From positions 734 to 64,733 of the forward strand of contig JAZNYT010000054.1 of NCBI GenBank assembly GCA_045594565.1: a stretch of 64,000 bases of DNA. Direction: 5' to 3'. The stretch comes from Eubacteriales bacterium (GTDB taxonomy: Bacteria > Bacillota > Clostridia > Oscillospirales > SIG627). Under the pieces are notes generated by a model. That model was not told the origin of the DNA. It saw nothing but the letters and a program-made list of their open reading frames with translations, and did not search any database. This document shows, in pieces, positions 1-8,804 of this stretch (within the stretch, counting starts at the first letter, position 1; every line of letters begins with the position of its first letter). The translations under genes and the position numbers were made by a program.

Positions 1-602
1 CAATTTTCAAAAAAGAGTCGGCAAAAAGTCTTATGAGGAAGCTTGACCATGATGCAGCGGAGGAGTCGGGATACGGTGAGTATGAGGACCTGACCGATCT
101 GCTTTATGTGGATATTACTGTTAAAGAAGGGGACGTTATAAGAGCAGGAGACCACGAGTTTCGTGTTATAGCGCTTCCCGGTCATACCAAATGCTCTATC
201 GCTTTCTACCTTGAAGAAAAGAAGCTTCTTCTGGGATGCGAGACCATGGGAGTATATAACGGCGAGGACAACGTTCTGCCATTCTATCTTGTGAGCTACA
301 AAATGACTCTTGATTCACTCGAAAAGGCGAAGAGTCTTGATATAAAGAACGTGCTTGTACCACACGTAGGCTATCTTACCGAGGAGGAAACGGAGTTTTA
401 TATAAAGAGAGGCAGTGAGAATGCCGTGTCCGAGGCAGAGCATATTGCAAAAATGCTGAAGGAAGGTAAGGACACAGAGGAAATATTCGAGGACTTCAAG
501 AGAAGATTTTACAAGGGAAAGATGGTGGAAATGTATCCCCTTCAGGCAATGATACTCAACACACACATAATAATAGACGTAATAAAAAGAGAGCTTTTAT
601 AA
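1..602 (+). CDS. MBL-fold metallo-hydrolase, C-terminal part (5' end outside the window)
   Basis: ORF 33..602 stays open in the same frame back to nt 3, so the gene is cut by the window edge. The ALPGHTKCSIAFY segment resembles the GHTxG region of metallo-beta-lactamase-fold proteins. A hairpin terminator follows. Confidence 0.55.
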   Translation, partial: IFKKESAKSLMRKLDHDAAEESGYGEYEDLTDLLYVDITVKEGDVIRAGDHEFRVIALPGHTKCSIAFYLEEKKLLLGCETMGVYNGEDNVLPFYLVSYKMTLDSLEKAKSLDIKNVLVPHVGYLTEEETEFYIKRGSENAVSEAEHIAKMLKEGKDTEEIFEDFKRRFYKGKMVEMYPLQAMILNTHIIIDVIKRELL

Positions 603-625
603 AATCTGAATGGATGAAAAAAATA

Positions 626-652
626 AGAGAGTGAGCGTAATGCTCACTCTCT
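626..652. terminator. bidirectional intrinsic terminator between convergent genes
   Basis: 11-bp perfect stem agagagtgagc/gctcactctct with a 5-nt loop. An A-run lies upstream (a T-run for the minus-strand antiporter transcript) and ttgagttt lies downstream. Confidence 0.6.
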
Positions 653-673
653 TTGAGTTTGAAGAAATGTTTT

Positions 674-1945
674 TTACTGTTTGTTGTCGGGGACTCTTGC
701 GCTTGTTCTGCCCTCCGGAGTTATTTCTCCTGCCTTGGTAAGAGCAATCTTTGTAAGGAGGGGACCCACAAGCTCATAAATAAGCACTGCAAAGAGTGTA
801 ATGTTTGCAACCACCGCACCCTCGGGTCCGAGTGTTTCTGCCTTTATTGCCATACCGAGTGCTACACCTGCCTGAGGAAGAAGGGTAACACCGAGGTATT
901 TTACGATGGTGTCTTCGCACTTAACTGCCTTTGCGGAAGCATATGCTCCGAAGTACTTGCCGAGTGATCTTGCAAGTATGTAGATAACGCCGACTGCAAC
1001 GATTGCGAAATCCGAGAATACAGAAAGCTCAAGCTCTGCACCGCTGAGTACGAAGAAGAGTATGAAGAGAGGCGCTGTCCAACGGTCAAGCCTGTCCATT
1101 AGCTCTTCGGAGAAGTCGCAGAAGTTGCAGAATACTGTACCGAGCATCATACATACGAGAAGCGAGGAGAATGCTACGTGGATTCCGAACACCTCGAATT
1201 TGAGCATCGAGAGACCTACTGTCAGAAGCACGAAGGCAACCGACATAGAAAGACGCTTGGAGCGAGAATGGAAGAACTTTTCAAAATAAGTGATGAGAAG
1301 TCCCATAACAAAGCCAAGCACGAGAGAAAGCACAACCTCGACGATAGGCTCAATTACAACCGAAATAATATCAACGCTTCCCGACATAAGAGCTTTTGCA
1401 ACACCGAAGGAGGTAGCGAAGAGCATAAGACCTACAGCGTCGTCAAGGGCAACGATGGGAAGAAGGATATCGGTAAGGGGACCCTTTGCCTTGTACTGAC
1501 GTACTACCATAAGGGTAGCGGCGGGAGCGGTAGCGGCAGCTACTGCACCAAGCACGATAGCGGAGGGAAGGGGAAGCTTATCGGGCATAAGGAAATGGAG
1601 TCCGATGAGCACTGCGTCAACGAGAAGAGTGGTTATTACCGCCTGAAAGATACCAATGATGGTTGCCTGCTTACCCGTAGTTTTGAGAGTTGAAAGTCTG
1701 AACTCGTTACCAATGGAAAAAGCAATAAAGCCGAGTGCTATATCAGAGAGAAGCGCATAGGATTTAACGTCGGCGTGACTGATAAATCCGAGTCCCTTTA
1801 TTCCGAAGGAGCCGAGGAGATAGGGACCGATAATTATACCTGCTACAAGGTACGCCGTAACTGCAGGAAGTGAAAGCTTCTTCGCAACTCGGGAAAGCAT
1901 AAGTCCCACGAAGAGAGCTGTTGAAAGTGAAAATAGTATATTCAT
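674..1945 (-). CDS. cation:proton antiporter (Na+/H+ exchanger, CPA family)
   Basis: From ORF 674..1981. Start moved to ATG 1945 (MNILFSLSTALFVGLML...), which has a GAGG upstream. Polytopic membrane protein; LPAVTAYLVAGIIIGPYLLG is a typical N-terminal CPA motif. Confidence 0.8.
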   Translation of the reverse strand: MNILFSLSTALFVGLMLSRVAKKLSLPAVTAYLVAGIIIGPYLLGSFGIKGLGFISHADVKSYALLSDIALGFIAFSIGNEFRLSTLKTTGKQATIIGIFQAVITTLLVDAVLIGLHFLMPDKLPLPSAIVLGAVAAATAPAATLMVVRQYKAKGPLTDILLPIVALDDAVGLMLFATSFGVAKALMSGSVDIISVVIEPIVEVVLSLVLGFVMGLLITYFEKFFHSRSKRLSMSVAFVLLTVGLSMLKFEVFGIHVAFSSLLVCMMLGTVFCNFCDFSEELMDRLDRWTAPLFILFFVLSGAELELSVFSDFAIVAVGVIYILARSLGKYFGAYASAKAVKCEDTIVKYLGVTLLPQAGVALGMAIKAETLGPEGAVVANITLFAVLIYELVGPLLTKIALTKAGEITPEGRTSARVPDNKQ

Positions 1946-2010
1946 ATCAAACCTCTGAAAAAATAAATTCCAAGGTAGCATTATAGCACTTTTTTATAAA
2001 AAGTCAAGTG

Positions 2011-2661
2011 CTATTTTAATTTAGTTAACGACTCGGTATTTGCAATAACGACAAGAGAGGAGCTTTTTTCGAGAGGGGCTGTGGGGTCAATGTTTACGTT
2101 TACGTCCTCACCTTTTACCACAGCAACTACGTTAACCGAGTATTTACTGCGGAGTCCAAGCTCAGAGAGACTGTATCCTACCCATTCATCTTTAACGTCA
2201 AGCTCAACGAGTGATACGTCGCGTGCAAGCTCGACTACGTCAACGAAGCCCGATGAAAGAAGATTTTTAGCAAGACGTACTCCTGATTCATGCTCGGGTA
2301 TAACCACCTTGTCTGCACCTACACGGGTAAGTATTTTCCCCTGCATTTCATCAGCACATTTAACTATTACCGTTTTTATACCAGACTCCTTGAGAAGAAG
2401 AGTTGACATAACGCTCGACTCAAGACTTCCTGCCATTGCCACAATTGCCACGTCAACGTTCTCAACGCCAAGTTCCTCAAGAACGCCCTTTTCAGTTATA
2501 TCTGCACATTTTGCGAATGGAATATCCTCTATTACTGCATTTACTATATCCTCGTTTTTGTCAACGGCAAGTACTTCTACTCCGTTGCGTACAAGCTCTC
2601 TTGCTATTGATGACCCATAGCGTCCAAGCCCGAATACTGCATAAACTTTATTTATTGCCAT
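2011..2661 (-). CDS. ktrA: TrkA/KtrA-type potassium uptake regulatory subunit (RCK domain)
   Basis: 216 aa. Has an N-terminal Rossmann glycine motif (VFGLGRYG) and a TrkA-C-like C-terminus. Starts 3 nt after the KtrB-like gene. Confidence 0.8.
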   Translation of the reverse strand: MAINKVYAVFGLGRYGSSIARELVRNGVEVLAVDKNEDIVNAVIEDIPFAKCADITEKGVLEELGVENVDVAIVAMAGSLESSVMSTLLLKESGIKTVIVKCADEMQGKILTRVGADKVVIPEHESGVRLAKNLLSSGFVDVVELARDVSLVELDVKDEWVGYSLSELGLRSKYSVNVVAVVKGEDVNVNIDPTAPLEKSSSLVVIANTESLTKLK

Positions 2662-2664
2662 AAT

Positions 2665-3996
2665 TTACCCCACACTTATTTTCTCGCTCGGGAATTTTAC
2701 CGAGCGTATTTTTTGTTTTTTCGTTTTGAAGGCGAGTGCCAATGAAATAGGACCTATTCGCCCAATATACATTGTAAAAATTATTATTACTTTACCCCAA
2801 AGACCGAGTGTCGGGGTAAGGTTTCTCGTAAGACCTACCGTAGCCGTCGCACTTACTGTCTCATAAATTACGTCAAGAAGCTGTGCGTCGGTAAAGGTGA
2901 GAAGAAGGAGTGTTGAAATGAAAACGGTGGAAAGCGACATGAGTGTTACGGCTATCGCTTTTTTTACTGTTTCTGAGGGTACAGTTCGTGAAAACACGGT
3001 AGTTGACTCCTCGTTTTTTACGGCTGAAAGTCCCGCAAACACAAGCACCGCAAGAGTTACCGTTTTAATACCTCCCGCAGTACCTACGGGAGAGCCTCCC
3101 ACAAGCATGAGAAAGAGCGAGAGAAAAGCCGACGAGTCGGTAATGAGGGTTTGGTCAACGGTAGCAAAGCCTGCCGTTCTTGTGGTTACCGATTGAAAGA
3201 AGCACGCTTGGAGCTTTTCAAAAAAGTCAAGACCTTTTAACGCTGTGCCGTTATACTCGAAAATAAAGAAAAGAACGGTGCTGAAAAGAAGCAGAATTGC
3301 GGTTGTTGAAAGGGCAATTTTTGAATGAAGGGTGAGATATCTCACCCCTCTTTTTTTCTTGAAGGTGTCGTAAATATCAAACCATACCGTATAGCCGATG
3401 CCTCCCGCTACAATGAGAATAGAGGTAGTAAGATTTATCACGGGGTCGGTTAAGTAATTCATGAGACTGTTTTCACCTATAACGTCAAGCCCTGCATTGC
3501 AGAATGCCGAAACCGAGTTAAAAAGAGAATACCATATACCACGTACACCAAATTCAGGAACGAATACCGTCAGGTAGACAAGCATACCTGCACCCTCAAA
3601 GAAAAGAGTAAAAAGAACCACCTTTTTTACAAAGCGTGAAATTCCCGACAGGGTATTGAGGTTGAAGGAGTCCTTTATAATAACAGAGTCCCCAAGTCCC
3701 AGCCTCTTTTTTAGCGTAAGCATGATTGCCGACATTACGGTGATAATACCAAGTCCTCCTATTTGTATAAGAAAAAGTATTACCGTCTGTCCGAAAAAAG
3801 ACCAGTGCGAAAAGGTCGGGAGTACCACGAGACCCGTAACGCAGGTAGAGGTGGTAGCGGTAAAGAGTGCATCCTCAAAAGATGTTACGACTCCGCTTTT
3901 AGTGCTTATTGGAAGCATTAAAAGACAAGTACCCACTATAATAGCAAGGGCAAAGGTAAGCATTACGAGCTGTGTCGTACTTAATTTAAGCTTCAT
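2665..3996 (-). CDS. ktrB: TrkH/KtrB-type potassium transporter membrane subunit
   Basis: 443 aa polytopic protein with repeated pore-loop-like glycine motifs (IQIGGLGI, VGGSPVGTAGGIK). Size and pairing with the RCK subunit fit KtrAB. Confidence 0.8.
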   Translation of the reverse strand: MKLKLSTTQLVMLTFALAIIVGTCLLMLPISTKSGVVTSFEDALFTATTSTCVTGLVVLPTFSHWSFFGQTVILFLIQIGGLGIITVMSAIMLTLKKRLGLGDSVIIKDSFNLNTLSGISRFVKKVVLFTLFFEGAGMLVYLTVFVPEFGVRGIWYSLFNSVSAFCNAGLDVIGENSLMNYLTDPVINLTTSILIVAGGIGYTVWFDIYDTFKKKRGVRYLTLHSKIALSTTAILLLFSTVLFFIFEYNGTALKGLDFFEKLQACFFQSVTTRTAGFATVDQTLITDSSAFLSLFLMLVGGSPVGTAGGIKTVTLAVLVFAGLSAVKNEESTTVFSRTVPSETVKKAIAVTLMSLSTVFISTLLLLTFTDAQLLDVIYETVSATATVGLTRNLTPTLGLWGKVIIIFTMYIGRIGPISLALAFKTKKQKIRSVKFPSEKISVG

Positions 3997-4294
3997 TTTC
4001 CGCCTCCAGAAGAAAGCTCACGGGACGGAAGCCGTCGTTACAGGATATCATGGCAGACATTGGGTTCTTCATCCAGCCGTCGAAGAAGTTTCCCTCTCCA
4101 AGGGATAGCTTTTTTACAAAGTACTCCATGCTTTGCCATGCACTCTCACAAAGTCCCTCGGGTATCTCTCCGTTTACCGATATAAAAACGTCGCCCTCTT
4201 TGAGGTCACAGGCGTGTTCTATGGGGTTTTCATATAATTCTATAAGCTCTCGGTGGAGCGTTTTTTTCATAACTGTAATTTTTACATTCTTCAA
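3986..4294 (-). CDS. TIGR04076-family small protein
   Basis: From ORF 3986..4303. NVKITVMKKTLHRELIELY...EGDVF...PEGLC...ISCNDGFRPVSFLLE matches my recollection of the TIGR04076 pattern. The likely start is TTG 4294, 6 nt after GAGGTG; GTG 4303 is the alternative. Overlaps the ktrB start by 11 nt. Confidence 0.6.
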   Translation of the reverse strand: MKNVKITVMKKTLHRELIELYENPIEHACDLKEGDVFISVNGEIPEGLCESAWQSMEYFVKKLSLGEGNFFDGWMKNPMSAMISCNDGFRPVSFLLEAENEA

Positions 4295-4360
4295 ATCAGT
4301 CACCTCACATAGAATTGTATCATAAAACTCAAAAGTGTCAAGCTTTTTGCGCTTTTTGTG

Positions 4361-4388
4361 TTGACTTTTCGTATTAAAAATGTATAAT
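4361..4388 (+). promoter_or_regulatory. sigma-A-type promoter with extended -10
   Basis: TTGACT (4361-4366), 16-nt spacer ending in TG, TATAAT (4383-4388). Lies about 40 nt upstream of the DUF1538 gene. Confidence 0.6.
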
Positions 4389-4426
4389 TTAATATGTAGA
4401 TTTTGAAAAAGGAGGAGAAGTGTCTT

Positions 4427-5938
4427 ATGAACGGTAAACTCAAAGAGAAAATCAACGAGTCGGTATCCAGTGTTTTGCCTATTACACTCATAGTACTTCT
4501 TCTCAGTATCACCTTCGTTCCCATGGATATTGGTACTCTCGCACTCTTCGTGGTGGGGGCGGTGCTTCTTATCGTGGGAATGGGTTTTTTCCAGCTTGGT
4601 GCAGAGATGTCCATTTCTCCTCTGGGCAGAAGCATTGGTACGAATATTATAAAAACGGGTAAGCTAGGGCTTATCCTTATAATATGTCTCTTTATGGGAA
4701 TAATCATAACGGTTGCAGAGCCTGACCTTATGGTACTTGCAAATCAGATTGCAACACTCTCTAACGCTACCATAATTTATACCGTTGCTATCGGAGTAGG
4801 TATTTTCCTTCTTATAGCATTTCTCAGAATTTATTTCAAGATAAGTCTCGCAAAGCTACTCACCGTATTTTACGTTATAGTATTTGTGGTATCCTTCTTT
4901 GCACCTGCCGATTTCCGTCCCGTTGCCTTTGATTCGGGCGGTGTTACCACAGGTCCTATGACAGTACCCTTTATTATGACTCTCGGTATAGGCTTTTCGG
5001 CAGTAAGAACAGATAAGGAGGGAACGGGCGACAGCTTCGGTCTCATCGCTCTTTGCAGTGTAGGCCCTATTCTGTCGGTACTGGTACTGGGACTCCTCTT
5101 TAACGTTACAGAGCTTGCCCCCAATACCTCCGAGCTTGCTCCCGTAATTTATTCAACCACCGACGTTACAAAATATTTTTACACAGCATTTCCTCATTAT
5201 GCAAAGGAAGTATTCATAAGTATGCTTCCAGTTGTGGCGGTATTCTTGGTGTTTGAGCTTATTACCCGCACCTACAGGCTTCACCAGATGCTTCGTATCT
5301 CGGTAGGCTTCGTATATACAGTTATCGGACTTGTGCTATTTCTTACAGGCGTAAACGTTGGATTTGCTCCTGTGGGAAACCTTCTCGGAAGTGAGCTTGG
5401 CGCAGGGGAGTTCAAATGGCTTCTTATACCCGTTGGTGCACTTGTAGGTTACTTTATAGTAAAAGCCGAGCCTGCGGTACAGGTGCTCAATGCACAGGTT
5501 GACGAAATAACGGGCGGTATGGTATCTCATAATATGATGAACACCGCCCTTTCAATCGGCGTTGCCAGCGCAGTTGTGCTTTCTATGGTAAGAGTCATTA
5601 CGGGCATCAATATATATTTTATTCTTATCCCCGGTTATATAATTGCTCTTGTTATGGCAAAGTTTGTTCCGTCGGTTTTCGTAGGTATTGCTTTTGACTC
5701 AGGCGGAGTTGCCAGCGGACCTATGACCTCTACCTTCCTTCTCCCCCTTGCAATGGGTGCTTGTGCGGGAGTTGGAGGAAACGTCGTTACAGACGCCTTC
5801 GGTGTAGTTGCTCTTGTTGCGCTTTCTCCCCTCATTACTATTCAGCTTATGGGGCTTGTATTTGCATACAAGTCAAGAGCAGTAGCGACTGCCGAGGATA
5901 CTCTTCCCGACGAAATCGTTGAGTTTGAGGAGGACTAA
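4427..5938 (+). CDS. DUF1538-family membrane protein
   Basis: From ORF 4403..5938. Start moved to ATG 4427, downstream of AAGGAGGAG. Two internal repeats each carry FDSGGV(T/A)(T/S)GPMT, the hallmark I associate with DUF1538. Confidence 0.7.
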   Translation: MNGKLKEKINESVSSVLPITLIVLLLSITFVPMDIGTLALFVVGAVLLIVGMGFFQLGAEMSISPLGRSIGTNIIKTGKLGLILIICLFMGIIITVAEPDLMVLANQIATLSNATIIYTVAIGVGIFLLIAFLRIYFKISLAKLLTVFYVIVFVVSFFAPADFRPVAFDSGGVTTGPMTVPFIMTLGIGFSAVRTDKEGTGDSFGLIALCSVGPILSVLVLGLLFNVTELAPNTSELAPVIYSTTDVTKYFYTAFPHYAKEVFISMLPVVAVFLVFELITRTYRLHQMLRISVGFVYTVIGLVLFLTGVNVGFAPVGNLLGSELGAGEFKWLLIPVGALVGYFIVKAEPAVQVLNAQVDEITGGMVSHNMMNTALSIGVASAVVLSMVRVITGINIYFILIPGYIIALVMAKFVPSVFVGIAFDSGGVASGPMTSTFLLPLAMGACAGVGGNVVTDAFGVVALVALSPLITIQLMGLVFAYKSRAVATAEDTLPDEIVEFEED

Positions 5939-5941
5939 CAA

Positions 5942-6616
5942 ATGGAAAACACTATAAAGCCCCGTATTCTTATAACTGTTTCAAACGTGGGCGATGAAAA
6001 GAAAATTAAAGAAATATTCGATACTACCGGAGTACCTATGGCTTTTGCCTGTCCCGCGCAGGGCACCGCCCCTTCTGCAATTATGGATATCTTCGGACTT
6101 AGCGGAAGAAGTAAGATAATTACCGGAGGACTTACCCTTAAAGGACGTGTAAAAGAAATTTTCTCCCGCCTTTCCTCAGACCTTTCCTTTGCGGAAAAGG
6201 GTAAGGGAATAGCGTTTACCGTACCCTTAACGGGACTTCAAAGCCACGTGCTTTCTTCTCTCGAAAGGGAAAACCAGAACATATCCGAAGGAGATGACGT
6301 AAAAGTGAGTGAAAAGACGTATTCCGCAATATTTGCTTCCTGCACTGCAGGCTACAGTGAGGACGTGTTTGAAGTGGCTCGAAAAGCAGGAGCGGCAGGC
6401 GGTACTATAATCAAGGGAATGAGAGAGACCAGCGAAAATCTTTCGGAAAATCTCGGACTTCCACGTCTTGAAGAGCAGGATTTGATACTCATCGTCACCA
6501 CAAAGGAACAAAAAAAGGACATAATGACGGCTATTATAAATGAGTGTGGCACATCTACCGAGGCTCATACGACGGTTTTGTCCTTCCCTATAGAAGAAGT
6601 ACTCGGACTCAGATAG
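5942..6616 (+). CDS. tandem P-II-like (GlnB-fold) signal-transduction protein
   Basis: 224 aa that read as two halves of about 100 aa, each with a P-II-like beta-alpha-beta pattern. Starts 3 nt after the DUF1538 gene, which is the usual pairing for this family. Confidence 0.55.
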   Translation: MENTIKPRILITVSNVGDEKKIKEIFDTTGVPMAFACPAQGTAPSAIMDIFGLSGRSKIITGGLTLKGRVKEIFSRLSSDLSFAEKGKGIAFTVPLTGLQSHVLSSLERENQNISEGDDVKVSEKTYSAIFASCTAGYSEDVFEVARKAGAAGGTIIKGMRETSENLSENLGLPRLEEQDLILIVTTKEQKKDIMTAIINECGTSTEAHTTVLSFPIEEVLGLR

Positions 6617-6651
6617 AAAAATTGTATTTAGACGATAAAATTTAAAGAGAA

Positions 6652-6690
6652 AGAAGTAAGCATACCCTGTGTATACTTACTTCTTTTTTG
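6652..6690. terminator. bidirectional intrinsic terminator
   Basis: 14-bp stem agaagtaagcatac/gtatacttacttct with one mismatch and a 5-nt loop, followed by TTTTT. Lies between the convergent P-II-like and hydrolase genes. Confidence 0.65.
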
Positions 6691-6752
6691 TTTCTTTGAA
6701 AAGCAAAAATCAAAACTGTCTTTTCTGTGATTATTTATCATTTAATAGCCTA

Positions 6753-7682
6753 TTATACCGAAATAACTTTTATATCCTCTTCATTTTTCATATCATAAAG
6801 AGTAAGACTTTCGCCGTCGGTGTTCTTGAATGGTATTTCGGTTATACGGCGGTTTGTGTAGGTAGTGTAGTAAAGAGAAAGGCTCTCTCTTGAATAAGCC
6901 GAGGAGTAGAGGGTCATCTCATTTTCTCCCTCTCTCACCTCTGCCGCGCCGTCAATTTGCTCAACCGACGAGAGCAGGTGGAAAAACTGCGATATAGTGT
7001 CTCTTTTTGAGTTTTCTTTCATAAAGGAAGCTCTCACAAAGCGTGAGGCGGAAGAAAGGTCTCCGGGAAGTCCTATTCCTCCCATACCTCTTGAAAAAGG
7101 GGTAATATCAAGTCTTTTCGAAAATCTGTTTTGAGGAGTACTGCTTGTTATATTGAGATAAAAGCGGAGAAAAGAAAGCTGATGGGGGAAGGGGGGATTG
7201 TTTGCAAGGACTCCTACGGGGTTATCGAAAAGTGTGAGTCCCTCTTTGGTCGATTCTACAACGAGGCTTCCTTTTGCATCCGACACTATCCAGTGAAGTG
7301 GAGAGGGCGACAGCTCTTTGCTGAAAGGCGCATTGGTTATAACTGCGTTTTCGAGAAGGCTTTTAGCCTCTTTGACGCTCGTCACCTGTGACAGAACGAA
7401 GGGGATTACGTCAAAGGAGGAAATGCATTTTTTATCATTGTCACATTCAAAATAGTGGGCGTTTTCAGGAAAGTTAAGCCCTGCCATTCCCACTCCTTTT
7501 TCATTCATTGCATCAAAATAGAGGGGATAATTCATATTTATTCCGATACCGATCATAGCATAGTGCATATTCGAAAAAGAAAAGGGATATCGGCGTGGAG
7601 TCAAGATGACCTTTTCACCGAATCCGTGCTCAAAATCAAGATTTCTGCCAAAGAAATTTTTGGTATTTATAGCGGTACACAT
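6753..7682 (-). CDS. choloylglycine hydrolase / penicillin V acylase family Ntn-hydrolase (bile-salt-hydrolase-like)
   Basis: From ORF 6753..7979. Start moved to ATG 7682, giving Met-Cys2 (MCTAINTKNFFGRNLDFE...); Cys2 is the family nucleophile. AAGGAG lies 7 nt upstream. The longer ORF would run across the divergent promoter and the reductase gene. Confidence 0.8.
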   Translation of the reverse strand: MCTAINTKNFFGRNLDFEHGFGEKVILTPRRYPFSFSNMHYAMIGIGINMNYPLYFDAMNEKGVGMAGLNFPENAHYFECDNDKKCISSFDVIPFVLSQVTSVKEAKSLLENAVITNAPFSKELSPSPLHWIVSDAKGSLVVESTKEGLTLFDNPVGVLANNPPFPHQLSFLRFYLNITSSTPQNRFSKRLDITPFSRGMGGIGLPGDLSSASRFVRASFMKENSKRDTISQFFHLLSSVEQIDGAAEVREGENEMTLYSSAYSRESLSLYYTTYTNRRITEIPFKNTDGESLTLYDMKNEEDIKVISV

Positions 7683-7730
7683 AAAAACACTCCTTTTTTC
7701 ATAGTATTGACCTTTGAATAAAATTGATAC

Positions 7731-7759
7731 TTGAAAAGGGTACGTGTATCTGCTATAAT
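7731..7759 (+). promoter_or_regulatory. sigma-A-type promoter
   Basis: TTGAAA (7731-7736), 17-nt spacer, TATAAT (7754-7759). Lies 27 nt upstream of the reductase start codon. Confidence 0.55.
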
Positions 7760-7785
7760 TAACTAAAAAATATAAGGAGTTTTTT

Positions 7786-8778
7786 ATGAAATATACAGTT
7801 GCTCCCGACAGATACGAAAACGTAGAATACAGAAAATGCGGCGAAAGCGGTCTGAAGCTTCCTCCCGTGTCCCTCGGCCTCTGGCATAACTTCGGTGACA
7901 ATGCGGATTTTGACAATATGTGCAAAATGTGCTTTACTGCCTTTGATAAGGGAATTACACATTTTGACCTTGCCAACAACTACGGGCCCAAGCCCGGCAG
8001 TGCCGAAAGGAATTTCGGTAAAATACTTCGTGACCACCTCTCTCCTTACCGAGATGAAATGGTAATCAGCACGAAGGCGGGTTATTATATGTGGGAGGGT
8101 CCTTACGGAGATTTCGGCAGTAAGAAATATATAGTAGCAAGTCTTGACCAGAGTCTTAAGAGAATGGGTCTTGATTACGTTGATATCTTTTACCATCACA
8201 GAATGGATAAGGACACCCCTCTTTATGAAACCATGTGGGCGCTTGACGGCATTGTAAAGAGTGGAAAGGCTCTCTATATAGGTCTTTCCAACTATGATGG
8301 CGAGACTATGGAAGAGGCGGCGTCGATACTGAGAGAGCTTCACTGTCCTTTCATAATAAATCAGAACAGATATTCCATTCTCGACAGAAACGTTGAAAGA
8401 AACGGAATAATAAAGAGTGCAATAAAGGAAAAGAAGGGGATGATAATTTTCAGTCCTCTCGCCCAAGGACTTTTAACCGAGCGTTATCTTAACGGAATAC
8501 CCTCTGATAGCAGAATAAAGACTGACGGAAGATATCTTAAGGAAAGCTCGGTTACACCTGAAATGCTGGAAAAGATAAAAAGGCTTGATGAAATAGCGGC
8601 GATGCGGGGACAGACTCTTGCACAAATGGCGCTTTCATGGGTTTACAGCAAGGAAGGGGTCACCAGTGTTCTAATCGGCGCTTCAAAGCCCGAGCAGATA
8701 GAGGAAAATCTTAAAATGACGAAAAATATCTACTTTACAAGGGAAGAGCTTGAAATGATAGATTCTGTTGTTTTATAA
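7786..8778 (+). CDS. gpr: aldo/keto reductase, YghZ/Gpr-like (L-glyceraldehyde 3-phosphate reductase family)
   Basis: 330 aa. YRKCGESGLKLPPVSLGLWHNFG, GITHFDLANNYGP and VLIGASKPEQIEENL closely parallel E. coli YghZ as I remember it. Confidence 0.75.
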   Translation: MKYTVAPDRYENVEYRKCGESGLKLPPVSLGLWHNFGDNADFDNMCKMCFTAFDKGITHFDLANNYGPKPGSAERNFGKILRDHLSPYRDEMVISTKAGYYMWEGPYGDFGSKKYIVASLDQSLKRMGLDYVDIFYHHRMDKDTPLYETMWALDGIVKSGKALYIGLSNYDGETMEEAASILRELHCPFIINQNRYSILDRNVERNGIIKSAIKEKKGMIIFSPLAQGLLTERYLNGIPSDSRIKTDGRYLKESSVTPEMLEKIKRLDEIAAMRGQTLAQMALSWVYSKEGVTSVLIGASKPEQIEENLKMTKNIYFTREELEMIDSVVL

Positions 8779-8804
8779 AAGTTTAACAAAAAGGAAGTAC
8801 AAAA

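Noticed and set aside
7683-7979. A 99-codon N-terminal extension of the choloylglycine hydrolase ORF (track ORF 6753..7979).
   Set aside because: The family requires Cys as residue 2 after Met removal. ATG 7682 gives MC... with an AAGGAG RBS. The extension would also run through the divergent promoter and overlap the aldo-keto reductase gene on the other strand.
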